A stretch of DNA of 64,000 nucleotides from Botryllus schlosseri (Eukaryota). This document shows, one piece after another, positions 1 to 9,160 of the stretch. The stretch spans positions 20,834,001-20,898,000 of the forward strand of contig CM119371.1 in assembly GCA_051294905.1 (NCBI GenBank), written 5' to 3'. Positions within the stretch are counted from its first letter, which is position 1. Each line of letters starts with the position of its first letter. A model generated the notes under the pieces. It was not told the origin of the DNA, ran no database searches, and saw nothing but the letters and a program-made list of their open reading frames with translations. The position numbers were made by a program, and so were the translations under genes.

Positions 1-17
1 GTCTTTATCTACCTCTC

Positions 18-236
18 CGAGAATTGGCTCGTCTTCGTGAGTCAATCTCGGTTGAGTCTTTTCCCTCTTCAAGTCTTGACTCGATCGCGTGAGTCAGGAC
101 TTGTCGAGTCCTTTCTTTAGAGACTTGACTCTCTCTTGAGTCAAGCCTCTCCTCTGTCTACGATACACGCCGTCTTTGTGTATCGTACGACCACTAATTA
201 CCTTATCTCGCACGGTTGTCGTCTGTCTAGACAGAC
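18..236 (+). promoter_or_regulatory. 5' UTR / putative internal promoter of the retrotransposon, with clustered hairpins and TGAGTCA motifs
   Basis: Stems at ~18-51, 75-98, 124-145, 159-187 (TACGATACAC/GTGTATCGTA) and palindrome GTCTGTCTAGACAGAC at 221-236. TGAGTCA at 38, 90 and 137. Promoter function is inferred from L1 biology. Confidence 0.5.
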
Positions 237-376
237 ATCGTACCATTCTGCCTTGCCGAAAGCGATAACATAGTTCCGCACTTACTGCAGCTTAAGCTTC
301 TAAAAGACGATATACAGCCTTGAATTGAGACGCTACAAGCCTTACTAGGCCATACGTACGCAGAATTTCAAGTGAA

Positions 377-1618
377 ATGGCATACGCAAGTGCTCTACGT
401 AACGAAAAGTGGCATAGAATTACCTACGGGTATAGACCGAGATCGCTAGACATTGTCACACCTCTAGAAAGCAATGCAGCTGAAGTAATAGATGCAATAA
501 TCAAACATCCTTTACTCAAGCATCAAACAAATGAGATAGCATCTATCTTTCAAATAGGTAGAGCTACCTATAACCTCTCCTTCCACAAGGAATCCCCAGT
601 GGACGCCTTGATGGAATCTTTCCTGAGGAATACTGAAGATGGAATAAGAACGGAAAACGGCACCCTATATCTCCATAAACCGCAACCTCCCGCGATACAA
701 ATAAATATCAGGGCTGTGCCCACAGAAGTGGAGAATGAGGAAGTAATACACAAGATCGAAGAACTAGAATGCGGGACGATACGAAACATCAAAATGATTT
801 ACCACAAAGGCACGAAAATACACAACGGATACCGCCAGGTGATCATAGACAACTATATCCCTGGCAAAATCCCAGCTTTCATATACTTAGGCAGGGCACC
901 CTGCAAAGTATATCTCCCAGCCGACGAAGCAACAAACAAATGCTTTAGATGCCTTAGAGCAGGACACAATGCAGCAGATTGTCCGAACGAGACAGCGTGC
1001 CTAATCTGTAAAGAGTATGGCCACAGAAGAGACGCATGTCCACAAAATGAAAACGCTACAGTGCAGATGAATAACCCAAACCAAACAGTAGAAGATACAA
1101 TGCAGATAGAAAATGATGAACAGGCAGCTCAGAACCCTCCATTAAGTCAGAACGAAGAAGTTATAGAGGAATCTGAGCAAGAAGAACCAGAACAAAAGGA
1201 AGACGAACTGCATGATTTCTTTAACCTGGCGGAGAGTTCACCACCGACTCCAGATAGAAGCGAACTGGACACAACGATAAAACCAAATGAAGAAATAGAA
1301 TCTAACAGTGAAAATGAAAGCATACAACAAACGGACGATGAACTACATAGAGTAACGAGCGAGGAAGACACACAAAAAAGTGCAAACACAGACAAGAATA
1401 AGTCAAAAAAAGCAAAGAAAATAACCAGCAGAACTGGCCAAACGGCAACACTTGCGAGAAGATTTGAAAGCGGACGCTTTACGGCAGAGGAGTTCTTTGG
1501 CAAGAACGTCTTCTCGCCCAATAAGCGGAGTAACAACGACCGAAGTCCAACGCTTATATCGGAAGATGGTGCAAGGAGAAAACTTTTGAAGGCAGACGAC
1601 CTCAAAAATAAATCCTAA
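377..1618 (+). CDS. ORF1p, gag-like nucleic-acid-binding protein with two CCHC zinc knuckles
   Basis: CFRCLRAGHNAADC and CLICKEYGHRRDAC knuckles; upstream RRM-like region (INIRAVP...NGYRQV); acidic low-complexity C-terminus. This layout is typical of Tx1-type ORF1. Confidence 0.93.
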   Translation: MAYASALRNEKWHRITYGYRPRSLDIVTPLESNAAEVIDAIIKHPLLKHQTNEIASIFQIGRATYNLSFHKESPVDALMESFLRNTEDGIRTENGTLYLHKPQPPAIQINIRAVPTEVENEEVIHKIEELECGTIRNIKMIYHKGTKIHNGYRQVIIDNYIPGKIPAFIYLGRAPCKVYLPADEATNKCFRCLRAGHNAADCPNETACLICKEYGHRRDACPQNENATVQMNNPNQTVEDTMQIENDEQAAQNPPLSQNEEVIEESEQEEPEQKEDELHDFFNLAESSPPTPDRSELDTTIKPNEEIESNSENESIQQTDDELHRVTSEEDTQKSANTDKNKSKKAKKITSRTGQTATLARRFESGRFTAEEFFGKNVFSPNKRSNNDRSPTLISEDGARRKLLKADDLKNKS

Positions 1619-1657
1619 AACAATCCGACCACTGAACATGTCCCCTGATCCGATTAA

Positions 1658-4600
1658 ATGGCCTTTAACCTGCACTCACTTAACGTCAATGGCCTACGGG
1701 CACATTGGCAAAAAATAAAACGATTTTTGAAAACCGAAAAGAAGTGGGATATCATCTGCTTCCAAGAAACCCACAGAGTGGACGATAACACCATTAACAA
1801 ATGGGCAGAACAAAACAACATCAAATACTATCCAAACCAAATCGGACCAAAAGAACAATGGACAGATAAAGAAGAAGGAAAGAAGCTATACTTTAGAGGC
1901 ACCAGTATCCTCATTAAAAAAGAACTGGGAAAAAAGTACCACATAGGAAGCCAAATAGTTGTAGCGGATAGAATCCAGGCAATATCAATGACCGATATCG
2001 AAAACGGCAACACTATTAGAATCTTCAACGTATATGCTCCCTCCGACGTAGGAGCATATCAAACTAAATTCTATAAAGAGTTTGCCGAAAAACTAGGAAA
2101 ACAGACGGACCAGACCATAATCTGCGGAGATTTCAACTGCGTAACAGACAAAATCGACTCGAAAATCAATGAAAATTTTAAACAGACACCTGCCGCTAAG
2201 GTATGGAAAGATCTTACGGACATAAATAGAATTAGAGATGTGTGGAGATGGCGAAACCCATATAAAAAACTATACACAGTTATGAAATCGCACCAATCGC
2301 GAAGAGTAGACCGAATCTATGCATCAGAAAACCTGCTCCCGCAGGTTAAAAGATGCATATACAAACTCAATAATGTGGCAGACCACATTTTTATGCAAGA
2401 AATACAAGTAGACGAACCACTAAACGTCACATGGGGAAGAGGACCATGGAAAAATGATACCAGACTCTACCCAGACGAAACCTTGTATAAAAAAATCAAA
2501 ATAGCCCATCAAAGATGTACGGAGAAGAAAAGTAGCTTCGACAACGTGTATCAATGGTGGGACTATCTAAAGAAAGAACTAACCAAACAAATACAAGGCT
2601 TTGAGAAGAAAAAACACATAGAGGAAAGAAGAAAGACCAACATCCTCAGAGATAACATAAATCGAATACAAAACGATGTAAACATGGCAGAAGAAGCCAT
2701 TAAGCAGATGAACGAACTCAAGAAGACCGAGAATGACAAAATAAGGTATCGATGCAAGCTGTACAAACTGAAGGATATAGAGGAGAACGAAAAACCCACG
2801 AAATATTTCTTTACCAAAATAGCCCAGCGAAGACAAAGTAAAATGATCGCTGCAGTACTAAACCAACAGGGCAAAGAACTCAAAACAAAAGAAGAAATAA
2901 CCCAAGAGGTATACGAGTTCTACACAAATCTATGGGGGAAATCTCCGAGCGAGAATTCCCGCCTTCAAGAAGACTACATTGCAGAAATCGCAGACCTTGA
3001 GGCGACTGAACAAGAACACCTCAAAAGCCAGATAGAAGAGACAGAGATCAAAACGATCCTAAACAAAATGGAAAATGGAAAGACCCCAGGGTCTGATGGG
3101 CTTTCTAAGGAATTTTATCAAACTTACTGGTCAATTCTTAAGAAGGACCTACTAGAAGTGATCAATAACGCCTACTGCTTTGGAGGCCTGTGCCAAACAT
3201 GGACGGAGGGCACAACTACAGTAATGTATAAGAAGGGAGAGCCAAAACTTTTAAAAAACTGGAGACCGATAACCTTACTAAATACCGACTATAAAATACT
3301 AACGAGCATCTTGGCAGCCAGATTAAAACCTATACTTCCAAATTTAATACTCGGGACACAAAAATGTGCGATTCGCGGACGGCAAATTACCGACATACTA
3401 AGAAACACGCAGGCAACAATCGAACATGCAACAGAAAGAAAGCAGGAACTACTCATTGTCAACTTGGATCAGGAAAAAGCATTCGACATGATCAATCACA
3501 AATACCTCTATAGCATACTTGAAAGTTACAGGCTTCCCAGGCCCTTCGTCCAGTTGATCAAGAACATATACGATTCAGCAAAAAGCAGAATTCTAGTAAA
3601 TGGTACCCTAACAGAACCCATTAACATCAAAAGGGGGATAAGGCAGGGGTGTCCGCTGAGCATGTGTTTATATGCCATCAGCTGTGACCCCCTAGCCAGA
3701 AAAATAATGAAAAACGAAAAAATAAGACCTTTCAAAATCGGTAGGGAAAGTATAAAATTACAACAATACGCCGATGATATTACATGCTACCTTGGGAGGG
3801 AGGAGGATATCGAAGCCGTATTCAGAGAATTTCAAAAATATGAACGGGCAACCGGGCAAAAATTAAACCCAGCAAAAACAGAAATATTACACATAAACCC
3901 GAGAACAGGAACTAGAATAGGAAGATTCGAGAATCAGAAAAAAGAACGGATTAAAATATTGGGCCAATATTTCGGCAAAAACCAGTACAATCAAACTTGG
4001 ACCGAGAACAGATTGAAAATAGTACGAACCCTGATGGCCTACAGGTACAGAAAATTGACCTGGATTGGAAAAAAAGCCATCTTGAACTCCTTGGCCACAA
4101 CTAAAATCCTGTATAATGCCCGAGTCATACCACCGAAAAAAGAAGACCTGAAGGAACTCGAAAAAATATACTTTAAATTCCTATGGCTCCCCCACAAAAT
4201 GGAGGCAATATCACGTAAAACGCTGATCGCCGAAAGAGAAAAAGGTGGACTCCGAATCCCGGATATTGAGTCACGAGTCAAAGCAGTAGAACTCGAAAAG
4301 ATCGCGATACTCAAAAATCTGGAAAAACCGACCGAAATATGGCATAAATATGCCATATATGAGGTCGGAACAAAAATAAAAGCCATCCGACCCAACCTCT
4401 ATAATAATAACGAAAGACACAAATATCCTACACCAAAAAGTTGGGTGGATAACATAGAATTGGCAAAAAAAATCGGATGGAAAGAGGAAGAGTGGAGAGA
4501 GAGCTCCCACAAAGAATTGTATAAAGGAATAAAAAATCTCAAAGAAAATGAGATAGAACTCCGAACACAACACGGAAAGAAAATAAAATGGACAAAAATA

Positions 4601-5122
4601 ACCAGAACCAAGTGTTTTGGGAAGAATATGATAACTAATAGTGAAATGATCATTAATTATCGGGCGGCACATGACGGATACATATTCGGACAGAAAAAAA
4701 GAAGACGGAATATAACAGAGGACAAAAATGGCAGGAAATTACTCCTGAACTGCAAATTTTGTAATTCGAGTAACGACTGTGCAAAACATATATTCACTGA
4801 TTGTGAATATATTGCAGATATTAAAGAAAAAATCGAAAAAACGCTAGGACTCGAACTAGACGATGACTCAATAATGTATAACACCGGAAAAGAAAAAATT
4901 AACTGGATCATTGCATCGATTATGAAAAAGACGATAATAAACCTGAAGATTGCTCTCGATATTGATAACAAAAAAATAGAAAATGAAGGAATAGAAAATG
5001 AAGGATTGGAGATGAAAATCCTACGAAAAGTCAAAAAACGACTAGAAAACGAAGAAAACAACAAACACGTATCAAAAATAGTCAAAAATATAGAGAGAAA
5101 ACTCGATAGAGTAGGAAAATAA
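1658..5122 (+). CDS. ORF2p: apurinic-like endonuclease + reverse transcriptase + C-terminal Cys/His motif
   Basis: APE motifs SLNVNGL, FQETH, NVYAP, GDFN, RVDRIY, ADH. RT motifs PGSDG, NWRPITLLNTDYK, LDQEKAFD, GIRQGCPLS, QYADD. C-terminal CKFC-x8-H-x4-C. Confidence 0.97.
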   Translation: MAFNLHSLNVNGLRAHWQKIKRFLKTEKKWDIICFQETHRVDDNTINKWAEQNNIKYYPNQIGPKEQWTDKEEGKKLYFRGTSILIKKELGKKYHIGSQIVVADRIQAISMTDIENGNTIRIFNVYAPSDVGAYQTKFYKEFAEKLGKQTDQTIICGDFNCVTDKIDSKINENFKQTPAAKVWKDLTDINRIRDVWRWRNPYKKLYTVMKSHQSRRVDRIYASENLLPQVKRCIYKLNNVADHIFMQEIQVDEPLNVTWGRGPWKNDTRLYPDETLYKKIKIAHQRCTEKKSSFDNVYQWWDYLKKELTKQIQGFEKKKHIEERRKTNILRDNINRIQNDVNMAEEAIKQMNELKKTENDKIRYRCKLYKLKDIEENEKPTKYFFTKIAQRRQSKMIAAVLNQQGKELKTKEEITQEVYEFYTNLWGKSPSENSRLQEDYIAEIADLEATEQEHLKSQIEETEIKTILNKMENGKTPGSDGLSKEFYQTYWSILKKDLLEVINNAYCFGGLCQTWTEGTTTVMYKKGEPKLLKNWRPITLLNTDYKILTSILAARLKPILPNLILGTQKCAIRGRQITDILRNTQATIEHATERKQELLIVNLDQEKAFDMINHKYLYSILESYRLPRPFVQLIKNIYDSAKSRILVNGTLTEPINIKRGIRQGCPLSMCLYAISCDPLARKIMKNEKIRPFKIGRESIKLQQYADDITCYLGREEDIEAVFREFQKYERATGQKLNPAKTEILHINPRTGTRIGRFENQKKERIKILGQYFGKNQYNQTWTENRLKIVRTLMAYRYRKLTWIGKKAILNSLATTKILYNARVIPPKKEDLKELEKIYFKFLWLPHKMEAISRKTLIAEREKGGLRIPDIESRVKAVELEKIAILKNLEKPTEIWHKYAIYEVGTKIKAIRPNLYNNNERHKYPTPKSWVDNIELAKKIGWKEEEWRESSHKELYKGIKNLKENEIELRTQHGKKIKWTKITRTKCFGKNMITNSEMIINYRAAHDGYIFGQKKRRRNITEDKNGRKLLLNCKFCNSSNDCAKHIFTDCEYIADIKEKIEKTLGLELDDDSIMYNTGKEKINWIIASIMKKTIINLKIALDIDNKKIENEGIENEGLEMKILRKVKKRLENEENNKHVSKIVKNIERKLDRVGK

Positions 5123-5357
5123 CAAAGAGGAAAAAAAGAAGGCCCAAAATGGGTAGGAAAATAGAGACCAAAACCCCCAAAAAAAGTAAGCCACGGGAGA
5201 ACCAACTTTCTCCCGTTGAGATGCGTCAGGGTAGTAACTACTGAGAACTAACTAGAGAAATAAAAAAGAGAAAAAAAAAGAAACCATTACATTAATTTAA
5301 ATACTGTTCAACCTCCCCCTTAGTTAGAAAATATAAAAAATACAAAGAAGAACTTCA

Positions 5358-5454
5358 AAACCCCCAGACCGGAGCAGGCACCTATACCAGATGTAGAGAG
5401 GGCCTGCGATGGTCTGGGTTTCCGGAGAGCCGCATAAAAAAAAAAAAAAAAAAA
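5358..5454 (+). other. 3'-terminal stem-loop and poly(A) tail of the retrotransposon
   Basis: CCCAGACC pairs with GGTCTGGG and inner GCAGGC pairs with GCCTGC; the A19 run starts at 5436. Confidence 0.75.
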
Positions 5455-5688
5455 TGAGCATCGTTTCTATAGACAGCCTAACACTTTCATGGGGTTAACA
5501 GAAAATCTTCAAATTTTTTATTATTCATTTTTATATAATAAATAGGAACTCTCTTCTCTTGTAGCAAAGCGGATACTGGCTGGATTTGAACCATATTTTG
5601 TTTGTAGGCTTAAATTAGGTAACCTAACAATTTTATCAAGTAGCCAGTACGATTTGAGAAAAAAAGTCATTTTTGAAGAGCCCTACTG
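5455..5688 (-). mobile_element. Fragment of a non-autonomous DNA-transposon-like repeat; insertion site of the L1/Tx1 element
   Basis: The reverse complement aligns by eye, colinearly, with 54870-55100 (CAGTAGGG..TCTTC.AAAATGA...CTCAAATCGTACTGGCTACTTGATAAAAT...). Confidence 0.85.
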
Positions 5689-6126
5689 TTCATGACCGTC
5701 CACGTTTAGAGTTGCATCTCAAAGATGCTAAAATAAGCCTAAATATAATCCAAGCAATACGATCGTCCACTTTGACTGACTGAATTTCTAAAAACACCTT
5801 GATAGCTTCCACATCTTACGTTTATATATACTGTCTGCTATCGGCACAACAAAGTAGGCCTATTTAAAAATACCAAAACAGATTCAACATACCACATCTC
5901 TTGCAAAGGCTTTTGCTTTCATTCAATTTTCCATCAAACTTCTTTAAATCCTCCTTTGTGGTGAGTTGCTTTGGAATTCTTCTAGGATCAATTCCGATAT
6001 TGTTTTATCATATACAATCTATGGCGGAATAAAAGTTTCGGATAAGTTCTAAAACGAACACAATTTTCCACACAAAAGTCAATTGCCACACGAAATGCCA
6101 AATGCTACGGTCTCATTTTACAAGGT

Positions 6127-7295
6127 ATGGCGAGGAAACGTAGTGGTACGTTCCATTATAGTTAAACACCAATGAATTGCGGGTTCGAGCGTGACACGTC
6201 GACTCCATAATTCCTACCGAAGTGTTGGCCGTTTATCTAGGCTCCTCCTCGCCATCTGATTCGCATAGCCATGTCTTAAAAAGCCTAGGAGTGGGCCGTG
6301 CTGTAAGTGGGCAGATGGTTGCCGATGCACCCGGCACTTGGTGAATTCGGCCGCACAAACTCGGCACTTGGTGAATTCGGCCCTCGGGAAATGAAGTGTA
6401 TTTACAGCTATTAATATGAATTATCAAACTAATAATAGTATTGTCAAGTGATTCGTCAATCTTGTAAGGAGGTCAGGGCATCCGTAGATCGCGCAGTCAC
6501 GCCGTGATTAGATCACGGATTGCGTAGCCACGGGAAATAACACAGCGCTCATATACCGACCACGCGCGGTCTGCTTGGAATAGATGGCGTGAGTCACGGG
6601 CCTGTGTCGTGTAAGTTTTGAGAAGATGGATCTTGGCGTTGTATGTGAGATCAACACTGTGGAACATCAAGCGGCGCTTCTTCGTTTATCGATCACGACA
6701 AGCCAGTGTTCCTCATCAACAAATGTTTCGCATGATCACGTCAAAATAAATTATTTTTCGCCTTTGGAGAGACGATTCCACTCTGGGATTAGGGTGTCTC
6801 GATAACACGGTTGAAGGATCCCAAGATTACGAGATCTACCACGAGCCACGACACGTTTAAATTTCCTTTTTGATACTGTTCATTCATACTTAATGCATTT
6901 CTAATGCGAAGGTGTTCTAGTGCCAATTCCTCCAAGGGCCGAGTTCACCAAGTGAAGATCGTCGCGTTATTTCCCGCAATTACGCAATCTGTGATCTAAT
7001 CACGCCGTGACTGTGTGATCTACGCATGCCCTGACCGCCGTACAACATTGACAACCACTCAAAGTGCCAAGTTCACCGGCAAACATTCCAGTAACCAATC
7101 ATGGTGACCGGTACCGCTACGAGATCTACCACGGCCGAATTCACCAAGTGCCGAGTTTGTGCGGCCGAATTCACTAAGTGCCGAGTTCACTGGTAATCGG
7201 GCAGATACGGAATAATAATAATAAGAACCGGCCTGGTGTAAAATGACCAGTGTAGTCGAACCACCACCATGAACACCACAAACAAACAAATAAAC
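6127..7295 (+). mobile_element. tRNA-derived SINE (same family as 50949-51217) split by a MITE
   Basis: B-box-like GGTTCGAG; shared core CTAGGCTCCTCCTCGCCA...AAAAGCCTAG..GTGGGCCGTGCT; 3' part GGCCTGGTGTAA and a (CAAA)n tail resume after 7198. Confidence 0.85.
6317..7198. mobile_element. Non-autonomous TIR element with 8-bp TSD and nested internal inverted repeats
   Basis: TSD GGGCAGAT at 6309-6316 and 7199-7206; ~65-bp TIRs built from CGGCACTTGGTGAATTCGGCC units; second inverted pair at ~6472-6548 and ~6963-7035. Confidence 0.9.
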
Positions 7296-8389
7296 ATCTA
7301 ACAAGGAAAAGAAATTACCTTTGCAGCCTTTGACAAACACAGTTACCATTGAAACCAGCAATTAAGGTCTTATTCGAAAGCAGAATAACAACTGTTTTAG
7401 TGGACATATCAAATCAAATGTTGGAAAGTTCATGTAAAATAGCCCAAAATATTATCTTACTGTGACCATATTCCATCAATATGGTCTGGCTAGCCAAATT
7501 CTCTGGGCCAACATAATCAAGCTGCGTTTGGTTTCAACGATTAATAATCTTGTTACTGGATTCGAGGTATAATTGCACTTAAATATCAAATTTTCCTCCA
7601 TTAATCAACATTAAGTTGAAAATGTCCATTCTTGCACCAACTTTTATAAAATCATGAATCAGTGTTCTACAGGAATGTATCTATATGACTTATATACCTA
7701 GAAAATTCAAGCATAAATATTATGATATACCGTAGGTATAGGTACCGGTAATTCAGATGTTTGAAGCGAATTATAGTGGTCTAATTTCACTAAATTAGAG
7801 CGAAATGCCAGCAATATAATTGTAATCTAATTCGGAAAAACGGTTTAGCTCTAATTCTAACCTGGAAAAGCTGAAACTTTTCTATAGTTGTCTACACCTG
7901 TTTTGCAGAAAGTCAAACAGCTCTAGGCGTCATATACTACAGGCAATTCGAAATACCCCATAAGCTATATGCTACTGCATATATACCTTTAACCCGCTAC
8001 CTCAGTCAGTCACAATTCCTATATATTTACGGCATTTACCATACAGAAAGAGCGAACTATGCCTGGCTGCGACCTGTTGCGCTTCAAATCTTTGTATGGC
8101 GCGATGACGTAAAATTTGAATCGCCGAAATATTCTAGAAGTCACGCATCGATAATCATATTCCTAAACGTACAACATATCACTTATTTAGTTATTCTCTG
8201 AATAAAACTATTAACCATACTCGTTGAACATGCGAGATTACCGAAAGAGCGAATATATATATAATGAAGATCATATATATCAGAGGAAAACAAAACTATT
8301 CGACCTTAGAGCAACAACACGAATATACAACACCGGTGACATCCTCACGCAATAAAACGAAGGGAGAACATTGTTTTCTAGTGGATAGA

Positions 8390-8645
8390 ACGAAGCTACC
8401 GCATGAGATCGAACAAAACCGGATAGAATTCATCGTTATTGAATGTACCGAAAAAGTCATCCTTTCTACGTATTTTAGTCGTACCCGCGAGAGATAGAAA
8501 ATTTGCATTATTAGGTTAACTACCGGATATAACGAAGCCTAATGCATGAGATGGAACAACACCGAGTATGAATTTATTCTGTTTGAATATAACCACAAGA
8601 CCATCCTACTACGTATTTTAGACATTCCCTCGACACTTAGAAAAT
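8390..8645. repeat. Degenerate direct repeat, ~140-bp unit
   Basis: CGAAGC..GCATGAGAT.GAACAA.ACCG...CATCCT..CTACGTATTTT...TAGAAAA occurs twice (~8391 and ~8533). Confidence 0.65.
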
Positions 8646-8899
8646 CAGAACCTAATCGAGATGATCCCGGATGATCCTTTTACGGTTTTGTGTTTGCTGG
8701 GACCAGATGTAAGCATCTGTTGGATTGGGAAATGGGAATTCCCAATTTGTTGGCTCGGCAACAAATTGTCCAATTACCAGTCAAAAGAGATGAGACGCAA
8801 ACAGGTATTGTAGTTAAGCTTTTTAATGACATATTGGCCATGACCTAAGTACTCCAATTTCATCTTGGTAGTGTGACCAATTGGTGTATGAGGATTTAT

Positions 8900-9160
8900 A
8901 TTTTTGTTGTGAAGAAGTACACTTTTTATGCTATCTTCTGGATCCTGTCGAACCGAATGTTACCTGGGATCTATTGGATATTTCACATGAGTTTTTTGCG
9001 TACGACTCCTGTAGCGCCGATGACTATCGGTACAATGTTTATTTTGCATCGCCACATTTTCTCATATTCCATTTTGAAATCTGAGTATTTCCATTGCTTT
9101 TCTGATTCTTTTTGTATTATATTTGGATCAGCTGGGACGGCCAGTTCAATTATAATTACC
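8900..9160 (-). pseudogene. Decayed 3' fragment of an RLE-type non-LTR retrotransposon (R4/NeSL/Hero-like)
   Basis: Manual minus-strand translation IIIELAVPADPNIIQKESEKQWKYSDFKMEYEKMWRCKINIVPIVIGATGVVRKKLM*NIQ*IPG matches the restriction-like endonuclease motif pattern (IE..VP..K..KY..W..P.VIGA.G) and contains stops. Confidence 0.8.

Larger units (their letters stand above)
1..5454 (+). mobile_element. L1/Tx1-group non-LTR retrotransposon, apparently full-length and intact
   Basis: ~376-nt 5' UTR, uninterrupted ORF1 and ORF2, ~310-nt 3' UTR, A19 tail at 5436-5454, strongly A-rich sense strand. The 5' end and TSD cannot be checked because the window starts at the element. Confidence 0.95.

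Noticed and set aside
568..5205. Many minus-strand ORFs over the retrotransposon
   Set aside because: Antisense shadows of A-rich ORF1/ORF2; Phe/Ser/Leu-biased with no motifs.
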